A stretch of 59,113 bases of DNA, the filler included. It is 4 parts of 4 records of this genome, joined end to end, with 100 filler letters (N's around TTAATTAATTAA, not from the genome) between each part and the next. Parts side by side here need not be neighbours in the genome. Positions count along the whole stretch, not along the records: positions 1 to 13,271 come from DRR378314_1095; 3 more parts are not named here. One strand, 5' to 3'. Both the position numbers and the translations under genes were made by a program. The notes under the pieces are model-generated. The model was not told where the DNA came from and searched no databases. It worked only from the letters and a program-made list of their open reading frames with translations. Numbering within the stretch: the stretch's first letter is position 1; each line of letters opens with the position of its first letter. Positions 1-10,473 of the stretch are shown here, in pieces.

Positions 1-1
1 G

Positions 2-3000
2 ACGCAGCGAGCCGTTGCGGGAGAGCTGGCACCTGCCGCGGCCGTTGCGGCAGTGTTGGATACCACGAGCGCGCCTGCTGCGCTAGTGGATGCCGCCGCT
101 GCATGCAGTGTGTCGCACGCTACCGGAAGATGCCGCCTCGCGGCGTGGCTCGCTTTGGCTGTCATGGATTACGTGGCAGAGGCGCAGGTCGGCGCGGATG
201 TGACGCTGGCTGTGTTTACGGATGCTTGCACGTCGGGAGCCTCCCTGCTTCCGCAGGTGCACCGGACCGAGCTGTACGTGCGTTCTGTGTTGCTTGGCGG
301 GGCGGCGCCTGCTCATCTGCACCTTGTTTCGTGCGTCGGTGGCGAGGTTGTCCGCAATGTGGACTCGCGCGTACTTCTTGGCGTGGCCCTCGGGTCGTCT
401 GTGGGGACACCAAGCCATGCTGCGCCGCCAGATGATAGCGTGGACGATGCGGAGGCGCTGCGCCTTCGCCTCGTGCAACGGGGAGAGCTCGATTGGGCCG
501 CGCTTTCACGAGCTTGGGCCCGGTTCCCGCATGGGGCCGAAGTGCTCCTCACGCTCTTGACCGCCGCGCCGCACGCGCGGCTCAAGCTTTTAGCGAGCGT
601 TGGTGTCCCTTCACTTGCGCCGCTCTTCGCAGCTCTTGCTCGCCGATGCGGGCCATCCCGAGGAGCAATCGAGGATGCCAGCGGCGAGGGAGTGCGCGGT
701 GATAGCGAGAGCGTCGTGGCCGGTGATGGCTCGCCGGCGCATGTGCTGGCCGCGGCGGTTCGGGATGTGTGCGACGACACTGCGATGCAGCTGCTCGGAG
801 AAGCTGCGCCGCATGTGCGCGCAGCGCTGCGACACGCGCTTCTTGCCTCGGGCGCTGCGCCCACGCATGTCGTTGGCTTCACGTCGGATGATATGGAGCG
901 TCTGCAGGAAGCGCATGTTGCTGTCGGTGCCAGCGCCGAGGCGCTTCTTCCGTTGCTTGTCGCGCTGGATGGGCCGGCAGATGTTCTTTTTGCGCAAACT
1001 GGTGTGCGCCAGCATCTGCTTTCTGCACCAGCAGCGGTTGCTGGGGCGCTGCTCGATGCTGCGAATCCCGCTCCGTTTGCCGCCGCCCTCGTCGACTTTC
1101 TCCTCCATCCTCGCGTTCGCGCTGTTTCGGCAGGCGGGGGCGCCGAGGGGAGCGGTCGCGGTGCAGCGGCGCTCGCGCTGAGCGCGGTCTCCGCGAGATC
1201 TTCTGCGGCGCAGCCTCTTCCGCCCTTGCTTGCTCATCCTGTCGCCGCTGCGTTTGCGACGTGGATGGCGCACGCTGTGGCACCGGAAGCGCTTGAGCCC
1301 CTAGCTCCGCGCCTGACGCCCGTCGCTGCCGCCCGGCTCGTGCTTGCCGCTGCTCGTGATGCGCACGCGCGCGCGCTGACGTCGGTTCTGGCTGCTGCGC
1401 TGCGCGAGCGGCGCCCGGAGTTTGCGGCTACGATGCTCACGGCTATTGGTCCGGAAGCTCGTGCCCCGCATCGCCTCGGTCTGCTTGCGTCGCTTGCTGC
1501 CGATGGCGCTCTTCCTCCGTGCTCGTCAGGAGATGCGCTTGTCGACGCCTGTCTGGAAAGCGCACGCAGTGGCAACGTCGAGGCACTTGCAAACCTGTAC
1601 CAGGGTGATGATGTTCCCTCGGATCCACTCCCGCTGAGCGAGTCGTCGGGAACGTTGGTGGCCGCGCTGCTGGCGCACGAAGAGCGGGCGCTGGAGTCGG
1701 CTGCAGGCGAAGCGTTGGCGGAGGGCCGCGACTCGGCAGCTGCGAAGCTCGCCTGCGAGGTTGCTGCGCGGCATCTCGTTTGGCTGGACGAAGAAGACTG
1801 TTGCCTGGTTTTGTCGGCGTTGCGTCGGCGCCTCTCGTCGCTTCCTCCTGCCTCTGAACCGGACGCGCCCCATGCTGGCGAGAACAGGGTAGCGAACGCG
1901 CGGTCTCTGTGCGCCTCGTTGCGCATGTTGCAGCTCGTGTGCTGGGTTCGTGCGCCGTACGAGCCGCTTGAGCCACTTCCCGCGAAAGGGGCGGAGCGCG
2001 CCGCGCTCGCGGCTCTGTGCTCTGACCGGCGCCTCGCGTTTGCGACCCGCGTCCGCAGCGCCGCGTCGCGCGCGTCCACGCTGGCCTTGTACCTCGCAGC
2101 TCCGTTCCACCTTGACCTTGCGCTCTACAATGCGCAAGCTGCTGCTCTTGGCGACCAAGTGATTGTGGAGCGTACGTATCTTGTCTGTCAAAAAGACACG
2201 TCACTTCCTTCGTATACTGTGCGTGTGCACGAGCGGCCGTTGCCGAGCAACGTACTCAGCGCGTGGGATCGCGCTTTGTTCCCTTTGCAGCGGTGGCCGC
2301 ACGGCGAGCGCCGCGCGGCCCACGCGTTGCGATTCTGCGTCACGGCAGGTGTTGACGCGTCCACTATTGCCCTCAATCTCAGCGCGCTGGTGAATCTTCC
2401 ACAGACAGACTTTCTCGACGATAACCACGATCCGTGGGATCGTCCGAATGTGATGCTGTACGTTGGGTGCGTGATTCTCGCGTGGTTTCGGGCGTTTGGG
2501 TGCTCAGAAGAGCGCCTGCGAAAGTGGGCCGCGCAGAGCGAGCGGCCGGGGTCAGGCGGGGGCGAGGATCCCTTGCCAGTGCTTGCCGCACTTCGTTCTG
2601 CTGCCGTTCGAGCTGCGGTCCCGCACCCTGAGACGATGTTCACTTGGTATCCTCTGCCCGCGCGCATTGATGTGCGCCTGCGCCCGCCGGCGTCCGCGCT
2701 GCGCCTCTTCGGAGCGACACCCGAAGAGGCAGCACGGACGCGCGCATATCTTGCAGCTGCAACGGATACGCTCCCGCCCGCTGCGCGCGCGGAGGCCGCC
2801 GCAGCGCTGCCCCCTGCCGACGCACTGCTCAGGGCGTCGGCGGACAGCGCGGGTGTATGGGAAGCCACGCCCGAATACGACGCGCTTCCCGCTACTGTGG
2901 CGCGCGCGGTAGGGACCTATGCCGGAGAGCTCGCCGCTGGGCTGTCCGCGGTCGGGGCCGAGACGCCCAGCGCAGGCGATTCCTCGCACCCAATGCGGCG

Positions 3001-6000
3001 CCGGTTCGCACTCGATGGACTCGAGGCAGTACTTCGTCCCATTGTCGGTGTTGTAAACGCTGTTTTCGAAGAAGGACAGGCTGGCGCCCCGGCCGTTGCA
3101 GAGCGCATCTTTGAAGCGCTGCTACGTGCCGCCCGTGATGTTGTGCGGTCGGCGGCGCCGTCCGAGGGAAAGAAACGCCGGAGCAAATCCACTCAGGGCA
3201 ACGCACAGGGGCCCAGCGCGCTGGCGGCCACGCCGGAAGAGGAGCGCGAAGCCGCCGTGCACCGTGCGCTCGCCGCACTGGTCGGGATCAACCCCCTCCA
3301 GCGCGCCGACGAAGTGCAAGATGCGCTCCTGCGCGCGAGCGTGGCTGCTGGAACTGCTGTTGCGCGCGCGAGTGTCAACGAGCTTGCTTGGGCGCAAGAC
3401 TATGGGCATGCGCACGTTCCCGCATTGGCAGCGCTTGGGGCACTCCCCCAGGTCGAGGTGTGGCCTGTTGATGATCTCCCCGTCCTGGCGCCAGAGACGC
3501 TTCCTGCGGTCCGCGAGGCCCCGCCTGTAGAGCCGCTTCCGCACATGGAGGTTCCTGGTACGGCCGCCACTGACGAGGGTTCCGAGCACGCCCGCATGCA
3601 CGGCGAAAATACGAGAGGAGATTGCGAAAGCGGGGCGCCGAGTGCACGTGGTGCAGACGGCGATGTCGAGAGAGCAGCTGTGCTCCGTGCTGCCGATAGC
3701 GACGCTCCGCGCTCTGATGCGGATGCGGACAGTAGTAGCGGGGCCGGAGCATCCGGTGCGGGCGACTGCGGCGATGCCGACGACGATGCGGTGGCAGCAC
3801 GTGCGCGGTCACTCTTCCCCGCCCCCAGCGACCCCGATTCACCGAGCGTGCCTGTTGTGTATGCAGAGGATCTCGTCGAAGTGCGGCGAGCGGGCGGTGG
3901 TGGATTTGCCGTTGCTATTCGTGTGCGTGCCGGTGGCCCGTGCGCTCTTGTCCACAAGCGCGCCGGCAAGACGGGCTCTGCCGGCTTTGGCACGCTGCAG
4001 TTCGTCGGCGGGGCAGAGGCCGTCGCCGCTGCCCCGGTTAGCGCGCTTCACTCTGCGTTCTCGACGCACGGGGCGCTTTGGGACGCTCTGTGTGCGGAGG
4101 CCCCGCCGGAAACTGCGGTGGTTTGCGACGGGTTCGTGTTGAAGAAAGCGGGCGACGGAAGGCGCTGGGTACCGCTTGTCGCTGCGGCACGTGACTCCGC
4201 TGCGCTTCGCCGCGCACACGCGTGGGATGTGCTGGACGCGCAGCGGCTGCTGTGTGCCCCGATACCCGCGCCAACAGCCGTACTTCTCGATGCGATTGTC
4301 CGAGCTGCATACGAGCACCTGGTCGGCGAGAACGCCGACTCATTGCCGTCGACAGCGCTGCTGGACTGGTTCCGCCTGCGGGCCCCGCTGGGAGGGCCAC
4401 TGCGCGGGCGTGCGGCGGCGCGGCGCCGTGCCGCCGAGGCGTGCGGCGATGCGCTCTTCGCAGTCGCCCGGCGCGTGCTCGATGCCATGGACGAACCAGA
4501 TGGAAGGACGATCGCCACCCTGGTGGCAGATGCAGCGCGCGAAGAAGGGGCGGAAGCGGTTCTCGCTCCGCGGGCCGCCGAGCGTCTGGCGCATGCGTTC
4601 ATGTGCCTGCTTGACCCCAGTTCGCGTACCGATGCGCGCCGCGTGTGCGCGTTTGCTCCGCTGTCGCCGCTGTGTGGCGCCGATTTTATGCGTCGCTCCG
4701 AGGCGTTCCTTCGCTCAGTGACTGCCGGCGGCGACGACGGGCGGAATGCCTCTGCTGGCAACAGTTCGTCGCATTCCCGCGGAGAGATGAGTGCTGCACT
4801 CGCAAACGGTGGCGATGCGTTCGATGACGATGAGGATGACGACGATGGTGACGAGGACTTCGAGGCTGGGGGTGGCCGGTCAGAAGACCACGCCGATTCG
4901 AATCGCAGAAAATCGCATGCTGGTGGCGACGAAACCAATGGTGGCTTTGTTGGTTCCGCAAGGCTGTTTGGTAGATACGATCCTGTCGCCGACGCCTACG
5001 AGGACGCATTGTGCGTGTGGGAGCGCGCGGTCGGGAATGGTGACCCGTCGGTCCGCTTCGGCGATGTCGCGGCAGCGTTTGGCGCGCGGCCGTGCGTTGT
5101 CTGGGCACCGTTGCAACACGAGCGCCACAAAAATGTGTACGATGCGGCCGATGGCAAAGTGCTCGGTTATGCGGTTGACTCCTCGCTCGTCGACGCCGCA
5201 ATGGCCAACGCGTCCACTTGCGCGGGCGGTCGCGAAGATGTGGTCGCGTGGCTGGTGGATCTGCTGCGCGCACCACTCCCACCTGCGCACGCGGCGTGGT
5301 TCGCCGCTCTCACGCGGAAGCTTGCCCCAAGGCCTCCGCCGGCGGTCGCCGGCTTGGAGAGCGGTGCACCGGCGGCGCGTGCGGTGCGCGTGACTGCGTA
5401 TTGTCTTGCACAGCGCTGCCCGCTCGCTCCTCTTCGCGACTACCTTGCTGGCGCGACTCGCGTTCCGGGCGCTGTGCTCCCGTTTGTGGAGCGCAAGGGC
5501 CACGGTCAGTACGGGGTGTACTTTTGCGACAATGGCACTCTCGCGGCAATGCGGCGCGCGGGACTCCGGCCTGCGGTGGCGGACTTTGCGGCCGAGTACG
5601 CTGCGGGGATCGCCGAAGACGAAGAACTGTATCTCGCAATCCGGCAGCGCTTTGGTCCGGGCGCAGCGATTGCGTACGTGCGCGGCCTTCCGCAGATTTC
5701 CGATCGCCTCTTCAAATGGTGCGCGGAGCTGACTGAGCAGAATCCGTGGCGCTTTGTGTATTTTGAAAGCACAAACTCGCTGGCAAACTTTGTTGAGAAT
5801 CGCGATCGTTCCAACTATCGCTTCTATACCGTCCCAGAAGAGGAAGGTAGCGGCGGGGCCGACCGCGGGACAGGTGGCAGAGGAAGTGGGACTCATGTAG
5901 CGACATTCCCGCGCTCCGCTGCGCTCCCGCGTGACGATCGAGCCGGGGTGCCGCTGTTGCCGTACGACGCCCGCCATCTTGCGCGGTCGAAGCTTGTGGC

Positions 6001-9000
6001 AGAATGGGAAGACGAGTTCAACGACGCGTTTGAGGTCGCGCGCGTGATTCTGCTTGTTTCTCCTCCGGGCGCGGGAAAGACGGTCTTTATCCGCTCGTTT
6101 ATGGAGCGCGAAGATGTGCGTGCGCGCTTCCATGCGGAGCGCATCGACGGGTCGAGCGATGTGCTCGTCGAGGTCGCCCTCGCCGACGTGCTGAGCGACC
6201 GGTTCCGAACTCCTGGAGAGCGTGCGCTTTTGGTGCTTGATGAGTATCACATGCTTGCGGATCACCAGAAGATGGCGCTCGCGCGATGGGTACTTCCGCG
6301 CCTACATTGGCTGAAAGTTGTTCTGATCGGAAATCGGTTTGACGAATTTGACCGCACTGTGCTTTCGCATCTCGAGCGAGGCGCAGGCTCTTCGCGTGGC
6401 GCAGCACTGGACAGCGAGAGCGGCTCGGGCAACGACGAAGAACCCGAGCACGCCGTCTACAGCGACGAAGGCGACGACAACGACAACGATGACGATTACA
6501 GTGACAGCGGCGATGGAGGAAAAGCTCGTGACGACAGTGACGATGCCCATGGCGTCAACGACGACAGTGAGTCGGGACTAGCGGCAGATGATCTCGTGGG
6601 CGAGGCAAGCGGTCATGCGCGCGGTGCACGCTCTGCCCGCTCCACCGATCGCGGGCACACTGGCGCGTTGGGCATCTCTGCCGCGTCGCCATCCCTCGCA
6701 GCGAGCGCATCGGATATCCCTGCCACCCCCGCGTCTGGCGTGAGTGACGGTCCGCTCCACGGCTCGTACACGGATGAAATTGAAGCCTTTGAAGCGGAGA
6801 AGCGCGCGTTGATTGCTGAAATGCGCCTCGATGCGCCTCCTCCGCTGGACATCGGGCCGTCTGTGCCTCATACGCCATCCACGGCACCGCCGCCGGCGAG
6901 CAGGACGCGCGCTGCGGCCAGCGCTCGCCGCCACAGCCTCCTGCGCCGCAAACGTCGTGGCGTACAGCGTTCGTACGGGTTGACCCATGTAATCCACGCG
7001 CGCCTTACAGTGAAGAAGATTGTCACGCTCGCGCACGCCGGTCCTTTGGCGCGTACTTTGGAGCTGTGGTCGAGAGCAGCGCGCGCGCTCTTCTCCGACG
7101 AGGCAATTTCGCTGCGCAGCACCCCGGCGGTTCTCGCTGCCCTACATCTGCCGAACGAGACGGCTGTCGGGCGCGCTTTGGCACTGCACCTCCGGTCCCG
7201 TGTGCCAGCGCTTTCGGCGTTTGCCGCGCAGCAGTTTGTAACGGCGGTTCTCGCTGTGGCTCGCTCAGCACCGACGGACAAGCAACTGCTCGCCTCGCCC
7301 CCGCCTGCTGCGCAGCCTATCGGCTTACTCGTGCACGCAGCACTGCGCGACGTGCGGGGAAACGCGTGCTCGTACGCAGAATTTTGCGCGCGATGCCCCG
7401 GGGCGTATGCGCACCACCCGGTCGTGCGACTGGCCACGTGGAGCCACTATATGTACGCGCGCAGCGGTTCGGGTGCCGTGCCCCCGTTGCGCGCGTTGCT
7501 GCGCCTGCGCATTGTCGACACGCCTGGACTTCCGGCCGTGGTTGGCGAGGGCGCACCGTCACCGCTCGGGCGTTGTCATGCTGTGGCCGCGCGCGTTGAT
7601 TTCGGCGATTTGGGCGCTGTGGCGGATGCGCTGCGCCGGGGTCTCGCTATTGACTGGGGAGAGGCGCAGCGCGCGTGGGCAGCGCGGTTTGTAACGGACG
7701 CTCGCGCGCTGGATCGCCTGCTGTCTGTATGCGCTGACCCCGCGCAGTGTCTGCGCGCGCTCCATCCGGACAATTTAGCACTTCTTGCGGATGCAGGACC
7801 TGCTTCTCTTGCGCGCAAGATCTGCGAGCATTTCCGCCGGGATATGGATGGTAATTTCGATGGCGACGGCAAAAGCACCGACGCGGACGCGAACCACGGA
7901 GATGGGCGCGCGGGCGCGCAGGGCGGGGCTGCTGGACCCCCCGAAGCGTACTTCGCCGCTGCGTGGTTCCTTGCACGCCACGGCAGTGCGGACGCGCGCG
8001 AGCTGCGAGACGCCGGAGTGGATGCGCGCTCGGTGCTTCTGTGGGCATCGCTGCACGGTTTCCACCGCGCGGCACTGTACGAAGGCCGCGACGCTGCTGC
8101 TCAGCAGCGCGTGCTCGCGGAGCTCCTGGCGCGCGAGGCCACTGCGCTTTTGGATGAAGAAGGCGGCGCAAGTGCGGCCGCTGCGCTGTACGCGGACCTC
8201 TTCGCCCCACTGCTGCGGCTGGGCGCTCATCGGGGCGGCGCGCCGTACGCGCTTGCCCTCGAAGTAGCGTCATCGCAGCATCCGCCGAGGCAGGACTGGC
8301 CGCCGCTGGTGCAATTCCTCAGCCGCCTGCTTGCGGGTGCAGCGACGCGTGCCGAGGCCGACGCATGGTACACGCACGAGTTTTGGCACTTGCACGCGTC
8401 ACGCGCACACAGTGCTGCTTCGGAGCGCTCCAATTCGCTACCTCCCGCAGCTGTGGACGGGCTTTTGGAGCTGGCAGACGGCCCGCCCTCGCTTCGCTGG
8501 CAGCTGCGGATCCTGCGGTCGGAAACACATGTGCCCGACGAGTGCGTGATGCGCGTGCAGCGGCTTGCGGACGCGCTCAAGGTTATCGACGGCGAAGAGG
8601 AGATCCGGCTTGCGCCGGGGGTGTTCCGAGACCGTGCGCTCGCCATGCTGCGGGCACTTGGCACGCGCGCGGCGCTCGCGCTGCCGCCGCAGCGGTCGCG
8701 CATCCTGGCAGAGCAGCGCGAGCGCTTCTATATGCGCAATCTGCGCAGCATAACTGCCAGTGCTCGTATTTTGCAGTATTATAACGTGTATGCTGGCGTG
8801 GCGGATCTGCCTGCCGCCGAGCTCGACAAGTACAAGAACCCAAAGGGGCCGAAGTACGACCTTGGGAAGGATGGCGCTTTCCGCGGGTTCCGCGTATTGA
8901 TCGGCCATTTTTATCTCGGGGAGGGACAAACGGAAGACGAGCTTCGCGCCAAGCCTGGTGCTGCATTGGAGGGCAAGGGATTCACTGTTCGCGTCGTGCA

Positions 9001-9700
9001 CTCGGAGCGCGCGTTTGTCGATGCGCTGGACGATGCAGATGTGGCGTGGCTGATGAGTGCGCACGAATGGGTGGACCCTGCATGCACTCCCGAGGAGCTC
9101 GCGGCGGCTGTTTCGCAGTTCCATAAATCTGGTCGTGGTGTTGCTATTTTTGCGGACAACGATCCGTTTTACGTCCAAGCAAATGCGGTGTTGCAAAGTA
9201 TGTGCGGCGCAAGGCTGGTCGGTGATACGCCGGGCGAGGGCGTTCTGGAGCGCGGTGACGGGTCGCGGCGGAAGCGGTTCGGGTCGCACCTGGTCACGTC
9301 GGGGCTCTCGTTCCTGTACGAAGGGATGACCCTCGCGTATCCAAAGCCGCTTGGTACGCTGCAGGTCCTCGCGACGTCCTCGGACTACAATCCGGTGATT
9401 TGCTTTATGGACGGAAGCAGCGACGGCGGGAGGGTCCTTGTGGACTGCGCGTTTACGAAGTTGTTCCTTGAGTGGGATTCTGCGGGAACTGCGCGTTACG
9501 TGACGAACCTGACCGTATGGCTGCTCGGCATCGACGAGCGACTGAACCGTGGTGCCTCGCTCCAGGGCGTGTACCTGACGCCGCCGAGCATGGGAAGTAA
9601 GATTGGCGCTGCTGTAGACGAAACGAACGAGGGAACTCCCGACGCAGAGCCAGACGAGAGTGTTGACGAGGTTGTCGCTGATGGGAGTGTAGACGCGTAA
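2..9700 (+). CDS. Giant (>3230 aa) eukaryotic protein, 5'-truncated; central P-loop NTPase (AAA+-like) module and C-terminal alpha/beta domain of probable class I glutamine-amidotransferase-like fold
   Basis: The frame is open from base 2 (no stop before the GTG at 53) to TAA at 9698-9700. Walker A ILLVSPPGAGKT (~6047-6082), Walker B ALLVLDEYH (~6225-6250), sensor-1-like KVVLIGN. Asp-rich low-complexity linkers. Globular C-terminal region (~8820-9530) with YDLGKDGAFRG, IFADNDPFYVQAN and GRVLVDCAFTKLF..WDSAGTARYVTN motifs. Confidence 0.8.
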   Translation, partial: TQRAVAGELAPAAAVAAVLDTTSAPAALVDAAAACSVSHATGRCRLAAWLALAVMDYVAEAQVGADVTLAVFTDACTSGASLLPQVHRTELYVRSVLLGGAAPAHLHLVSCVGGEVVRNVDSRVLLGVALGSSVGTPSHAAPPDDSVDDAEALRLRLVQRGELDWAALSRAWARFPHGAEVLLTLLTAAPHARLKLLASVGVPSLAPLFAALARRCGPSRGAIEDASGEGVRGDSESVVAGDGSPAHVLAAAVRDVCDDTAMQLLGEAAPHVRAALRHALLASGAAPTHVVGFTSDDMERLQEAHVAVGASAEALLPLLVALDGPADVLFAQTGVRQHLLSAPAAVAGALLDAANPAPFAAALVDFLLHPRVRAVSAGGGAEGSGRGAAALALSAVSARSSAAQPLPPLLAHPVAAAFATWMAHAVAPEALEPLAPRLTPVAAARLVLAAARDAHARALTSVLAAALRERRPEFAATMLTAIGPEARAPHRLGLLASLAADGALPPCSSGDALVDACLESARSGNVEALANLYQGDDVPSDPLPLSESSGTLVAALLAHEERALESAAGEALAEGRDSAAAKLACEVAARHLVWLDEEDCCLVLSALRRRLSSLPPASEPDAPHAGENRVANARSLCASLRMLQLVCWVRAPYEPLEPLPAKGAERAALAALCSDRRLAFATRVRSAASRASTLALYLAAPFHLDLALYNAQAAALGDQVIVERTYLVCQKDTSLPSYTVRVHERPLPSNVLSAWDRALFPLQRWPHGERRAAHALRFCVTAGVDASTIALNLSALVNLPQTDFLDDNHDPWDRPNVMLYVGCVILAWFRAFGCSEERLRKWAAQSERPGSGGGEDPLPVLAALRSAAVRAAVPHPETMFTWYPLPARIDVRLRPPASALRLFGATPEEAARTRAYLAAATDTLPPAARAEAAAALPPADALLRASADSAGVWEATPEYDALPATVARAVGTYAGELAAGLSAVGAETPSAGDSSHPMRRRFALDGLEAVLRPIVGVVNAVFEEGQAGAPAVAERIFEALLRAARDVVRSAAPSEGKKRRSKSTQGNAQGPSALAATPEEEREAAVHRALAALVGINPLQRADEVQDALLRASVAAGTAVARASVNELAWAQDYGHAHVPALAALGALPQVEVWPVDDLPVLAPETLPAVREAPPVEPLPHMEVPGTAATDEGSEHARMHGENTRGDCESGAPSARGADGDVERAAVLRAADSDAPRSDADADSSSGAGASGAGDCGDADDDAVAARARSLFPAPSDPDSPSVPVVYAEDLVEVRRAGGGGFAVAIRVRAGGPCALVHKRAGKTGSAGFGTLQFVGGAEAVAAAPVSALHSAFSTHGALWDALCAEAPPETAVVCDGFVLKKAGDGRRWVPLVAAARDSAALRRAHAWDVLDAQRLLCAPIPAPTAVLLDAIVRAAYEHLVGENADSLPSTALLDWFRLRAPLGGPLRGRAAARRRAAEACGDALFAVARRVLDAMDEPDGRTIATLVADAAREEGAEAVLAPRAAERLAHAFMCLLDPSSRTDARRVCAFAPLSPLCGADFMRRSEAFLRSVTAGGDDGRNASAGNSSSHSRGEMSAALANGGDAFDDDEDDDDGDEDFEAGGGRSEDHADSNRRKSHAGGDETNGGFVGSARLFGRYDPVADAYEDALCVWERAVGNGDPSVRFGDVAAAFGARPCVVWAPLQHERHKNVYDAADGKVLGYAVDSSLVDAAMANASTCAGGREDVVAWLVDLLRAPLPPAHAAWFAALTRKLAPRPPPAVAGLESGAPAARAVRVTAYCLAQRCPLAPLRDYLAGATRVPGAVLPFVERKGHGQYGVYFCDNGTLAAMRRAGLRPAVADFAAEYAAGIAEDEELYLAIRQRFGPGAAIAYVRGLPQISDRLFKWCAELTEQNPWRFVYFESTNSLANFVENRDRSNYRFYTVPEEEGSGGADRGTGGRGSGTHVATFPRSAALPRDDRAGVPLLPYDARHLARSKLVAEWEDEFNDAFEVARVILLVSPPGAGKTVFIRSFMEREDVRARFHAERIDGSSDVLVEVALADVLSDRFRTPGERALLVLDEYHMLADHQKMALARWVLPRLHWLKVVLIGNRFDEFDRTVLSHLERGAGSSRGAALDSESGSGNDEEPEHAVYSDEGDDNDNDDDYSDSGDGGKARDDSDDAHGVNDDSESGLAADDLVGEASGHARGARSARSTDRGHTGALGISAASPSLAASASDIPATPASGVSDGPLHGSYTDEIEAFEAEKRALIAEMRLDAPPPLDIGPSVPHTPSTAPPPASRTRAAASARRHSLLRRKRRGVQRSYGLTHVIHARLTVKKIVTLAHAGPLARTLELWSRAARALFSDEAISLRSTPAVLAALHLPNETAVGRALALHLRSRVPALSAFAAQQFVTAVLAVARSAPTDKQLLASPPPAAQPIGLLVHAALRDVRGNACSYAEFCARCPGAYAHHPVVRLATWSHYMYARSGSGAVPPLRALLRLRIVDTPGLPAVVGEGAPSPLGRCHAVAARVDFGDLGAVADALRRGLAIDWGEAQRAWAARFVTDARALDRLLSVCADPAQCLRALHPDNLALLADAGPASLARKICEHFRRDMDGNFDGDGKSTDADANHGDGRAGAQGGAAGPPEAYFAAAWFLARHGSADARELRDAGVDARSVLLWASLHGFHRAALYEGRDAAAQQRVLAELLAREATALLDEEGGASAAAALYADLFAPLLRLGAHRGGAPYALALEVASSQHPPRQDWPPLVQFLSRLLAGAATRAEADAWYTHEFWHLHASRAHSAASERSNSLPPAAVDGLLELADGPPSLRWQLRILRSETHVPDECVMRVQRLADALKVIDGEEEIRLAPGVFRDRALAMLRALGTRAALALPPQRSRILAEQRERFYMRNLRSITASARILQYYNVYAGVADLPAAELDKYKNPKGPKYDLGKDGAFRGFRVLIGHFYLGEGQTEDELRAKPGAALEGKGFTVRVVHSERAFVDALDDADVAWLMSAHEWVDPACTPEELAAAVSQFHKSGRGVAIFADNDPFYVQANAVLQSMCGARLVGDTPGEGVLERGDGSRRKRFGSHLVTSGLSFLYEGMTLAYPKPLGTLQVLATSSDYNPVICFMDGSSDGGRVLVDCAFTKLFLEWDSAGTARYVTNLTVWLLGIDERLNRGASLQGVYLTPPSMGSKIGAAVDETNEGTPDAEPDESVDEVVADGSVDA

Positions 9701-10473
9701 TGGATGCTGTACGTATGAGCGGGATTGCGTGGAGCCCGGCATAATATTCCGCACGAAAAGAAACGAAAGTAAGAGTTCCGTGCGCTTGCCTTTTCGTTTG
9801 GGATAGTCGTGCAGCATGACGTTACTGTGCCCGAGAAATGCCTCGAGCTTGTGGCAATTTGTGCCGAGGGCGCGAGCACGAAAGTTGATTCGCATCGCGG
9901 CGCTTGGTACATCCCCAATATTGTCTGCTCGTGCGATTGGTTCGAGTTGCTTCCGAAGGCGCACAGTGCTTATCTCATTTAGCGCGTGTTGGCTGCATTT
10001 ACAATTGCAGGGTAGGTTTCGAAACCTGCATACCAAAAGGAAGGAGCGCCCTTTCGGCCGAGGGTTGCGTATGGGTTGCCCTTGCAAGTGTGCGAGTGTC
10101 TGTGAGGCTGTGCGTTTCGCGTGTTCGTGCGTGCTGGGATCTCCATGACGTGTATTTTCTCGCGGTGGCAACCGACTATGGCGCCGTTCCCCGAGGAAGA
10201 AAGTCTGCAAGGGAGATAGAAGGAAGGAAAATTGGATTCCTGCCGGAGGAATGGCAGCAAGTTGGAGGGGGAGAGAAAGAGAAAGTAGTGGTTCGGAATA
10301 CACCTCATGGCACCCAGCTGGTTCTTCTCTGTCTCTGCATGAACGCCGGCAGAGTTCATCTGCCTGATCGCCTGAAGCACCTGCTTTCGAGAAGCGCAAC
10401 GCGCCAGAACGCCAATGCGTTTGCGGCGCGCCGACGTGCAGGAGGCGCGCGCACAAGGTGTACAGGGCTGAAA

